64,000 bases of DNA from positions 434,001 through 498,000 of the forward strand of contig CDLV01000019.1 in NCBI GenBank assembly GCA_001244265.2. The letters are read 5' to 3'. The notes below the pieces were generated by a model that saw nothing but the letters and a program-made list of their open reading frames with translations, searched no databases and was not told where the DNA came from. Source of the DNA: Microbotryum violaceum (lineage: Eukaryota). Positions 39,913-50,097 of this stretch are shown here, piece by piece (within the stretch, counting starts at the first letter, position 1; each line of letters begins with the position of its first letter). The position numbers were made by a program, and so were the translations under genes.

Positions 39913-40571
39913 CAGATTCCCCAAGGCGGCGCAGGATGCAGTCGAGAAGCTCGTCCGGGAGGAGCGGGTGTTCGTTTGTGAGCTCGAAGGAACTCCGAAG
40001 ATCCACGGTCGAATGGCCAAAGATGCGCTCACTCAAGGACTCTCGCCTGACGAATTTAGTCCTTCTCGCATCAGAAATCGATGGAGCTCGCCTCATCCGA
40101 TCGTCTTGGTCGGACGATTCCGTCAACTGTCGAACGTTGTTCCTCGTCAAACTCGGAAGGAGCACCACAACTCGCTCTATGCGTCCGCTATCAAGATTCT
40201 CTAGGATGTCGCCGAGCCAGACGAGCGCCTTGTCTGGCAAGCGCCTTGTATCAGCGTCGTACAAGGCGCTCGTCTGGCTCGGCGACATCCTCGAGAATCT
40301 TGATAGCGGGCGCATACAGCTAGTTGTGGTCTTCTTTCTCGAGTTTGTCGAGGAACAACGTTCGACATTCGACGGTGTCGTGCGACCAAGACAATCGGGT
40401 GAGGCGAGCTCAATCCATGGCTGATGGGAAGAAGGCCTAAATTTGAGTGAGCGCAACTTTGGTCGTTCGGTCTTAGACCTTCGAGGTTCTTTCGAGTTTA
40501 GAGTCGAGCAACCGCAGCGTTCCTCCCGGACGAGCTTCTCGACGGCACCCTGCGCCGCCTTGTGGAATCTG
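39913..40571. repeat. Long imperfect inverted repeat (hairpin A): arms 39913-40233 and 40261-40571, 27-nt loop
   Basis: AGGATGTCGCCGAGCCAGACGAGCGCCTTGT (40203-40233) is the exact reverse complement of 40261-40291. Similarity extends to CAGATTCC/GGAATCTG. The ORF track shows MRPLSRFSRMSPSQTSAL on both strands. Confidence 0.95.
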
Positions 40572-40849
40572 TCAGAACCCAATCATATCTGATTCTCTTC
40601 TAGTCCTATTCACTTCTCATGCCTCTACTTCGCTCCTACTTTTCACTCCTTCTTTAACTTATTACCCCCTACGCCGGATCCCAGCGCCTGATTGAGACTC
40701 GGTTGACAAGCTGGCTTGGGTTGAAGTCGCGCGCCTCGCGGGCGCTCGTCTCTCTTACTTCTTCATCTAACTTCCATCCTCGATCTTGCACTCGTACTCA
40801 ACCCCTCGAGTCGAGATCCAGTCCTCTATACTACTAATAGGTTATGAGC
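40570..40849 (+). mobile_element. Copia-type 5' LTR (~270 bp) with PBS; internal region lost
   Basis: Starts TGTCAGAA at 40570, pyrimidine-rich, ends ...ACTAATA, followed by GGTTATGAGC (40840-40849), the typical copia half-tRNA-Met primer site. Confidence 0.7.
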
Positions 40850-40883
40850 GTCTTTATCGCCTTTTTTTTAATCAATCTGGCAG

Positions 40884-43800
40884 AGAGAGATAGGCGCGCG
40901 CGCAGAATAAGGAATTAACCAAGACGAATAGCAATGAGTTAGGCTCTCAGAACCTACTTCTAGAACTCCCACCGATCAAAAAGACTAACGAGACCATTCC
41001 AAAGTAGCGCACGAAGTTGGGTCAAAGCGTTAAAACCCCAAAGGCTTCGTCATAATATCCGCGGCATTGACGTGGCTAGCTGAGGGCAGTACTCAAGTTC
41101 GACCTCGCCAGAAGCAACCCGTTCTCAAACAAACAAGTGAGCGGTGTCGAAGTGCTTGGTTCGCATGTGATCGACCGGATCCTTGGCGATCTGGATGCAC
41201 GCGGCGTTGTCCTCTGGAATGATATATAATGATAGTAGGGTGTGCTTGCGGAATGCCGACATCACCAGCCAAACGACGGAGCCAGATTGCTTCACGAGTG
41301 GCCGAGGACGCAGGGAAGATTTCGGCTTCGGTAGTGGATGTCGCGATCATGAATTGTTGCTTTGACTGCCAGGAGATGATGCCGCCAGCGAGAATCGATG
41401 CATAGGCTCCCAACGATCTGCGAGATTCCGGATCGTCCGCAAACGAGGCATCGGAGTAGCCATCAATTGAGCTGTAGAACTGTTGCGATAAAGAATTTCC
41501 AAATCGATGGTGCTGTTGAGGTAGCGAAATATACACTTGACCGCAGACCAATCGTCGACAGCCGGACAGGAGTTCTTTTAAGCAACAGCACAAACAGCAA
41601 TCGCGATATCGGGTCGACATCGAGTAAACGCGTATTGGAGGGAACCGACAGCCAATTGGTAGAATGAAACATCGGCAAACGGAGTAGCGCGAGGGGCGAT
41701 CGTCCATGGCCGTGACTTCACGGCGCTTGGATGGAGAAGCGAAATCGAACTTCTCGAGCATAGTGCAGACATATTTGCTTTGGTGGACGAGGGTGTGATC
41801 CTTGGTGCGATGGATTTCGAAGCCCAAAAAGTAGGAGACGGGTCCGAGACGTTTGAACTTGAAGGCCTTGTGAAGCGATGCGAGCTCGGAGTCCAAGAAG
41901 GACCGACTGTTGGACGCAATGAGACCATCTTCAACATAGAGAATGATGACTGCAAACGAATTGCCCGAATGTCTGAGGTAGAGGCAAGCATCGGCAGTTG
42001 CCCTCATGTAGCCTCGAGACACTATGAAATCGTTGGCAGCTCGATACCATTCATGAGGCGCCTGCTTGGTGCCATACATCGAGCCAACGAGATTGAGGCA
42101 TTTGCCAGGTGATTGAGAATCATTTCATCCTTTTGGGTATCGAACATAGACATTCTCGGCCATCTTGCCGTTGAGAAAGGCGCAGTCGAAATCGAACGGT
42201 TCAAGATACGGACCTGAGCAGCAGCTAGAGCAATCAAGAACAGAATCGTCGAAGGACGAGCGACAGGAGCGTAGTTGTTATGATAGTCCATGCCTGGGCG
42301 TTGAGCAAATCCTTGAGAAACGAGACGAGCTGTGAAACGAATGATGTTGCCCCTTGCGTCGCCCTTGATACAGATCGTGCCGAGTACCCAAATGCCTTCG
42401 TGCCACTTACTTCCTGACAGACTCCATGATGATCGAATTGTAGAAGTTCTGAGACCATTGCCGCACTCCAATGGTTGCGATAGGGTGACTTCATGGCTTC
42501 CTCGAATATCTTGGGTATCTCGTTGTCTTCTTCGGCGAACATGGCGGCACTGCACAGTAGGCATCGTAGGAGAGCTTGTCGTGGAACATGGGTGGAGTAT
42601 CGAAGTCGACCGTGATAGCTGCAATGATAGGAAGGATAACTTCCGGAGGTTGAGGTCGGTGACAAGAACCAGCAGGAAGGACGTTGGAAGGGTTGACATT
42701 CTCGAGCTGGCCAGGATTTGGACCAGTGCGAACAATGGGATAATCTTCACGAGGAGCGAGAGCGACTTTCGCCTCGCTGTCGAGTAGTTCTGCTGCGTCA
42801 TGATAGTCATCAGGTCCATCGTCAGGTCCAACGTTGTCGTCATTGTCGTCATCCTTTCGAGGAACGACTGCAAGAGCCGCCCCTGTGGGTCCGGCAAAGT
42901 TGGATCCATAACAGGCGAAGCCGGTGTAAACGGCAACACATCTGGCGGATGAGGTTGAGAATGATGAACGGGAACGGAAGCTTCCCGTAGTTGTATTCAA
43001 CGGAGTACCCGAGTAAAACTCCCTGACTGGAGGGAGGTGCAAGCTTGGTTCGACGCTCCTCGGGTACGTGGACAAACGCCGTAGATCCGAATGGCTGCAA
43101 ATGAGCAAGACTAAGCTTCTTGCCGAGAAGGACTTCGATTGCCGTTTTGCCTTGGATACGAGGATGTGGTCGACGATTCAGGACAAATGTCGCGACGGCC
43201 AGACCAGAAGCGCATGGGAGGACCGGAGTCGAGAAGCATCGATCGAACGAGACCCATGAGAGGTCCTTTGAGTCGCTCTACTTGAACATTTTGCTCCGGA
43301 GTATAGGGGGACGTGAATTCCACGATGATGCCCTGCTTTATTAGAAGATCCCGGAACAATGAGTGATCGAATTCACGACCATTGTCCGATCTGTAACCCA
43401 AGGTCGCGGAATCTCGCGAACGGGCCATCCGCCGCAACGATTTGGCATGCAAATACATCGCCAATTCGATCTCTGAGGAACAGACGTCCCACTTAATTCA
43501 TCTTACCTCGGCGTACGAGATGTGGGACACCTTCCGAGGCCTCCACTCGAGTCTCGATCTCACGGTCGCCCGAGTCGCACTATGGACCTCCTGAACACTC
43601 TGGCGCAACCCTACGCTGCGGATATTCCTCTCAAGGAATTCGTCAACAAGGTCAAGATCGCCATGACCGATTTTCAGGAGCTCGTTGACGAATTCTCCGG
43701 AAGGGATACCCCCAGTGTAGGTTTGTGCCAGTGTTCAAGAGGTCCATAGTACGACTAGGGCGACCGCGAGGACGGAAGGTGTCCCACATCTCGTACGCCA

Positions 43801-44047
43801 AGGTAGGATGTATTAAATGAGACATCTGTTCCTCAGAGATCGAATTGGCGATGCATTTACCTGCCAAACCGTGGCGGCGGATGGCCCGTTCGCGATGTTC
43901 CGCAACCTTCAAGTCCGCAACTTGGAAGCTGGTGAGCCCGGGCGGAGTGCGCAGAACCACTCAGCCCGTTAGTAAGAGATAGGTGCGCGCGCAGAATAAG
44001 GAATCAACCAAGACGAATCTAATAGCAATGAGGTAGGCTCTCAGACA
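40884..44047 (-). mobile_element. Degenerate Ty1/copia retrotransposon
   Basis: Copia domain order: gag (IANSISEEQ...AYEMWDTF), integrase (RSDNGREF, SPYTPEQN..ERL, FGSTAFVHVP), RT (ARLV.QGFAQRPG.DY, MYGTKQAP, LYVED), RNase H (GYSDASFA..RRS, STTEAE, ADIMTKPL). Many frameshifts. A ~70-bp direct repeat at 40886-40951 and 43975-44045 marks LTR remnants; PPT-like GGTGGGAG precedes the 3' copy. Confidence 0.93.
43400..43909. repeat. Inverted duplication of copia gag (hairpin B): arms 43400-43650 and 43681-43909
   Basis: CATCGCCAATTCGATCTCTGAGGAACAGA, GGCGTACGAGATGTGGGACACCTTCCG and GAATTCGTCAAC each recur as reverse complements. About 30-nt loop. Confidence 0.95.
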
Positions 44048-44071
44048 CACACCACACACAGCTCACGAAAC

Positions 44072-45553
44072 ATGTCGTCCAAAGAAGGAGCCAAGCTCAA
44101 AGCCGAGTGAGTGAACGTCAACGCGTGATCACTCGGTTCGTCGCTGACCACTGCGCTCGCATCTCGTGTACCCAGAGCCGAGAAGGCGCTCAAGCCGTCG
44201 GTCAGTCCTATCGCGCCTCCTGCCGTCGTACATGGAGATCACTGACGTGTGCTCCGTTGCCAATCACATCAGTGGTTTGGTAGTCAGAAATCGAGAAACA
44301 CTGCCGCCGAGGAGCTGTACGAGCAAGCCGGTAATCGTTACAAGGTCGGTCGCACGAGGCTGCACCACGTCATCGAGCCTCCGTTCGGCCGGGGGGCAAG
44401 ACCGTAGTGACCAGCATGCCCGCCCTGCGCCCCGCTAGACCAACCACCTTGCTGACCCAATGATCTGATGTTATGCACAGGGTGAAGGCTACTTGAACGA
44501 TGCTGGGTTCTGCTACGTCAAGGCCGGCGAGCTGGCACGCACCAACGACGAACGCGCCTCCGCGGCCAACCACTTTTGGAACGCATGCAAGGTCTACAAG
44601 AAGCAGGATCCTCATCGTAAGCAGACCAGTCTCATCTGGAGCCTATTCATTCGGTTGCATGGCCGCAACTCGGTTCGGATCCATCTGCCCGTTCCTATCG
44701 CCGACTAACCCCATACGATTCAACCCCCACTTTGGCCCAGTCGCCGTGGGCGCACTGCAGAACGCGATCGAGTTGTACAAGTCCGACAACAAGTTCCGAC
44801 AAGCTGCCGATCGGGAGAAGGAGATGGCTGCCATATGGCAGGCCGAAGGAGGCAATCTGAACGAGGCTTTGAATGCGTACGAGCGAGCGGCGAGGCTCTA
44901 CGAAGCCGAGGATGCGCAGGCGTGAGTTGAAAGTGATCCCTACCTATACACAGTCAATAACTGAAGAGAACACTCGATTCCCATTAGCACTGCGAACGCA
45001 TGCCTCAAGGAAGCCGCCGAGCTTGCCGCTTCGGTCGGCGAGTACCCTCGAGCGGTCACCCACTTTGAAGCTGTGGCCAAGCATTCCTTGACCTCGGCAC
45101 TGACGCGCTACAGCGTCAAAGAGTACTACCTCAAGGCTGCGCTTTGTTGGCTCGCGACAGGGGTGAGTACTTGCGTAGACTTGGTGTGCGTCTGATGATC
45201 CAGCTGACGGAGTGATTGATCGACTTGACAGGATGTCGTCTCGACCCAACGCAAGCTCGAGGAATACTGCTCACAGGATCCTAGCTTTGGCGCAACACGC
45301 GAAGCCAAATTTATCCACGACATCGCGGATGCCTTCGAGGGTGGGGATACAGAAGGGTTCACGGCTGCCGTGGCCGACTTTGATCGGTACATCGCTCAGC
45401 ACTCGTTCGTTCGCCCATGGAGTGGCACAAAGACTGATTTCACAACCCTTGGTCGTCTTTTCTGAGAGCAGCTTGACACGACTCGACAACTGGAAGACGA
45501 CGATCTTACTGGCCATCAAGCGACAAATCTCCGAGGAGCCGAGCCTGTCGTAG
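44072..45553 (+). CDS. SEC17: Alpha-SNAP (vesicular fusion protein Sec17)
   Basis: Spliced MSSKEGAKLKAE|AEKALKPS|WFGS...AAEELYEQAGNRYK|...AANHFWNACKVYKKQDP|...FRQAA...|SALTRYSVKEYYLKAALCWLA|...DPSFGATREAKFI...|LTRLDNWKTTILLAIK. Confidence 0.92.
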
Positions 45554-45797
45554 AAAGGCCTCGGCTTTCTCTCATGTGGCACAGCCCATCCCTCTCCGCT
45601 GGGTTACGGAGAGGGAAGAAGGAACCACCCTATTGTATGCTTTTCACATTTCGTTTGTAATAACTAATTTGATCCGTATCCTGCCATACGTGCGGCATTG
45701 CCTTCTTCCCCTTCTCCCACTCTTGACAATTCACGTCCGTCTGCTTCGCCATTGCGAGACAACCCTTTCTGCTCGTCCCCCCAAGGTAAGGAGCGGC

Positions 45798-46200
45798 CTA
45801 CCCTTCGGCTTCTGCCCTCAATTCGAGGTGGAGATTCTTCTGCTCGCAGACTGGACGCAACTTTGTCCACCGCGGGTAAGAGAACGGTCGATCGCTCTCC
45901 TCATCGGACCAAATGGGCGATTCTGCTGGGAGCCATTTTCTTACTTCTTGAACGGCGACAATGACGACAGTCAACGACTTGAGCGCAGGGAGCTCAGTGG
46001 TCTGGTTTCCAAGCCTGCAGAACCCAGTCACAACTTGTTGGTACAGTTGGCGTTGGAAGGGCTCTCGCCACGTTCGGCACGTCGCAGACGCATGGCACAA
46101 ATTGCCCTTTGTGCCTCTCGCCCTCCACCACTCCCCACCACGAACATCGGTGAATCACGCGATGATGCATAGTAGCTCGGGTGGTGTTCGCCGTTGCCAA
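45798..46200 (-). pseudogene. F-box protein pseudogene (paralog of the adjacent F-box gene)
   Basis: RRTPPELLCIIA*F (in-frame TGA)...NLCHASATCRTWREPFQRQL joined almost directly to C-terminal RWTKLRPVCEQKNLHLEL. Matches both ends of the 46674-47970 product, with the middle missing. Confidence 0.7.
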
Positions 46201-46673
46201 CACGACCCCAATGGCAGGAGTGTCATCGATTCCAGAACCTCCGCCGGTGATGGCTCGACGCTTCGGACGACTGACGCTCGAAGAGCTGCGATCGATCGCA
46301 ACTCGGCTGCTCTTGATCTTTACGCCCAAGATGATCTGACATCTGCCTTCGGATCGGACTCCGGGTATCGACCCGTGTTTGGACGCGTCGCAAAACCAGT
46401 GACTTGACTCATAGAAAGCTTTTCCATGTGAGTTTGAATAAACGGAGGTTGATAAAGTCATAAAGTCTGGTCAAGGGTTTTCTTTCAGTTCTGTATCCCC
46501 ACCCACCCAGTCGCAGAAAAGATGAAAGTCTCCCCGAGAGAAACCATATTTGGGAGTATCAGACCCATGGAATTTCAAACATCTCAAGCATCGGTGACAG
46601 ATTCACGTCTAAGCAATTATCAAAGGAAAGGTTTGACATGATCATCCAGAGAGGAGTCGTTGTGGCCTTTGTT

Positions 46674-47970
46674 CTATTCGTTGGACTTAGTCAAGGGGCC
46701 TACCACATTGAGATCAATGGTCACATTTTGCTTGTCACACCAGCTCTTCAGCTCATCCCAATTGGTTTCGTTCAACTGCGAGTCGATTTTGGTCTTCGAC
46801 CAAACGACGGCTTCCTTCTGGCCGACCCGAGCGTTGGACATGTGGAACCAAACTTGAATGTTGACGAGCCGAGGAAGTTCGCTCGTCTGAAGGCTCTTGA
46901 GTAGAGCGACTAAGCAGACCTCGAAGCCCAGCTTGGCGTAAACTGAAAAGTTGATGCACAGCGTGTGGAAAGGCGCATACGAAGGGATTGCCGCCACGAG
47001 GGGTCGAACGGAATTGAGCTCTTGGGCGTGATTGCGGCCGTGACACCCCGCGTAGGACAAAACACTCAAGCGGAAGACCCGGAGCGATATGCACGCTTGA
47101 AGACCCTCTACGAAAAGCTTGATGATTGTAGAGCTTGCATCGAGTCCATCGTCCTCGAGGATGAGAGAGAATTCCTTTAGTCGCACGCCTTTGCAGGTCA
47201 GGAGCTCGACCTCGAGCGCTTTGCGCGTCGGCGATTCATGGTCAAAGAGCACATCGTACCCGCATGTCAACTCGATCTTGACGAGTGCGGGCGTGCTCAC
47301 GCCCCGTGCAAATAGGGAGAGGGCACGTAAGCGCACTTTGCGGCATTTGAGAAAAGTGAGCTTCGGGAGCACCGGTCGCATGTGTCCCAACCGCTCGAGG
47401 CGGCAAGATTTGACGCCGCTCAACTCGAGCCGTTCAAGATCTGCGGGGAGGGGGGTTGGGGTCAGTGTCTCGGATCGCTATCATGTATTACACAAATGAA
47501 GCGGGTAAGTTTGTACTTTGAAGATCATACTTGATGGCGAAGAGATCCAGCACCAACTCTTCTTGCGACACGCAAAGCGCCTTGACCGACGATCGCGTCA
47601 GGCTCAGTAGGTCGAAGAGGAACTTGGCGGCGGCGGTCTTGTCCCGAACGAGCGAAACGAGGAGGCGGTGGATCGGGTACTGCCTCGCCAGACTGAGGTC
47701 ACGTGCCTCGTGCTCGATTCCACGCCCGATCGCAACATGCAGCTCCTGCATCAGCTGGCGCGAAAAGGGACCGCGCCATGCTCGACAGGTTGCAGCCGCG
47801 TTGCGAAGGTCTTGGAAAACCGACTTGGTTCGCCATTCGATATCGCCGTCATCCCTGTCGTCGTCGTCGTCGCTGCGACGCTGATCGACAAAGGCCGCAA
47901 TGTCACCGAGGAGCTCGGGCGGCAGGCGGCGAACTGCTTTACCACTCGCTTGTGCGTGTAAAGGCGCCAT
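46674..47970 (-). CDS. F-box protein with LRR-like C-terminal region (lineage-specific)
   Basis: RRLPPELLGDIAAF...LRNAAATCRAWR F-box. Phase-1 intron 47441-47516. Repeats such as LERLEL, LPKLTFL, LKEFSL, LRVFRL and LPRLVNI. Confidence 0.7.
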
Positions 47971-48403
47971 GTTTGTATTGAGGGGGCGAGGGTCGACAAC
48001 GAGGCGCCCGGTCAATCTGCTATCACGAGTGGGCAAACCCTGCTGGCGGAGCGCACCGAGCACGCGCGGGGGCGCGTCCGAGTCGCGACGAGAGCAAGAC
48101 GCTATGCCCTGCTACACCTGTCCTGCCTACGCCTCGGCGCGTGACGCGTGACGCGTACGTCACGTCACGTCAGCGTTTCACCCCTGAGCGCCTCAGCGCT
48201 CAGCGTGAAACTGCGTGACGCGTGAGGCAAGGCATCGCCTTGCACAGCTCCCTCCGCATTCTCGCTCCTTTTCCTCAACGCCGCCAGATTCCCCAGTGAA
48301 CATTTGCCCATTTTAGCAGTGAGTGGGTTCCTGAATCGACCTGAGCAATCTGAAACCAAGTCGACGATGGTGTTGAGCCTGATACTACTGTCATGTCGTT
48401 GCA

Positions 48404-49550
48404 GTGAATCGGACATCCATCGTCGCCGGGCCGTCGTCCTCCACTTCCACTTCCCCCGATCAACGCTCGCAAAGTGGCGAATACCGAGATCAACTAGACG
48501 AGCTCGAGTCCGACTCTGAAGCCGGTACGGACGTCAACGATGCGGAGAATGACTCGGACTCCTGGAGCATCGCCTCGTCACGTTCTTCATTGATCGTGTT
48601 CGAAGAAAGCATGGGTTGGTCGGATGGAGATTCGCTCACGGAGGAGGACAGGCACGCCACCAAAGTCGACCAGGAGTTTGCGAAACATGTCCAGGATCGA
48701 GAGCGCGAGTCTCAAACAATGAAAAATCACTTCATCAAACCTCGTCCCGAGGACGATTCGCGCCACGTTAGCTGGACCGGTCGCTTGGGATCGAGAAGGT
48801 CCGTTGAGGAGATCGAGGAAGCGATTAGGTTGGCAACGGTGAGTGCGGACAGCCCCCATTGCAACTCATTCAGGGTTAAGCAGTGGAACTGATTTGATCG
48901 AGCGAAACCGCACGTCCTGGCACGTAGGGGGGACAATCTCGGCTCGTCGTATGCCATAATGAAAATCGGCCCTGCGCAGAGTGTCGCTTCGAGCCGACCA
49001 GCGAGGGGCCTTCGCTCGATGAGACGCCCGACGTCGTCATTCTTCCTCTCGAGGTCGTCAACGACAAGGACTCGGACTATGTGGGGGCTTGGAGTCGTCT
49101 CAGGGAAGGCGAGAGGGATATCCGTGACTGGATTCAGGTCACAAGCGTCGGCATCGTACAACATAGCGACAGCTCGCGACATGCCCGTCGCGCCGTGCCC
49201 CGCCTCAAGCGCCAGCTCCTGCGGATGTTGAACACGCCGATTCGTGACTTTGCTCTCGGGTTCACCCTGTTGGGGTCGGCTCTGACCATTTACACCCTCA
49301 CGAATCAAGGTCTGTACTACTCCCCACCCATCGAGTGTACGCTCGAGAATGGCAACCTCTCGACGTTCCTCTTCCGTCTACTCGACATGAGCAATATCGA
49401 ACTCGGTGTCCGGCTGTCGTACAATGGGAGCTTCAGCCTGGAGGGACTCAAAGAAATCCCTTTAGGCTGATCCCTGAGGCGGAGAAACACTTCACGTCGA
49501 TCATCCGGGGGCCCCCTTTGGTTATCGCAACTCCACCTGTCCATGACCGA
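48404..49550 (+). pseudogene. FunK1 (Pkinase_fungal) family N-terminal part, truncated or frameshifted
   Basis: TPDVVI...W..V.SVG...QLLRMLNTPIRDFALGFTLLGSALTIY...G.YYS...FLFRLLDMSNIELG resembles the FunK1 N-terminal region. Stop or frameshift at ~49468; no in-frame catalytic core; no clear start ATG. Confidence 0.6.
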
Positions 49551-49665
49551 GTTTTAGTATTGAAGTCCGGTTTCATAGTTGATGATTGTATAGTGCAACA
49601 TGAGTACAAGCATTTGGAGTGCTTCTCCCCAAGTTCCCATTCCAAAATAACACGTTCACCCCGTT

Positions 49666-49940
49666 TCAGGCTCGGTGCAAGACACTGAGGGGGAGTGCAG
49701 CCTCAGCCGAGCTACGGGAGGGCCTCGCTCGGAAAATGCCGCGGTGGTCGAGCTCGAGCAGGTGTAGAAGAACTTTCGTGAGGAGGTTCTTGTTCGCGTC
49801 TATGCGACAGTCCCGGGTCTCAGTCGCGAACACACCGCAGGCGTTGACCAGGTACACACGAAGCATCTCGCCGCAGAGCGTGAATCTGATCGCATGGGAG
49901 CGGGTCGGCGTGGTCAATAACATGTGGAGTGGACGCAGGA
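49666..49940 (-). pseudogene. Second FunK1 N-terminal fragment in the opposite orientation
   Basis: MLLTTPTRSHAIRFTLCGEMLRVYLVNACGVFAT...LTKVLLHLLELD aligns by eye to MLNTPIRDFALGFTLLGSALTIYTLTNQGLYYS...LSTFLFRLLDM. Confidence 0.55.
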
Positions 49941-50097
49941 GTTGCGGCTTCGTCTCCTTGACTTCGCCGCATTCAGCTTCTTCAGTTCACCGACAGCTCC
50001 AACTTGGGGGAAAAGGCGCCTCGAGCGCCAATCCTGCGTCGACTCCACATGTTGTTGACCACACCGATCCGCTCCCCGCCCCACGCGCGGAGACCCA

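Noticed and set aside
39908-39965. F-box-like LPDELLDCILRRL on the minus strand of hairpin A
   Set aside because: It lies at the ORF's C-terminus, and arm-to-arm changes are less conservative in this frame than in the opposite-strand frame; probably a chance antisense reading.
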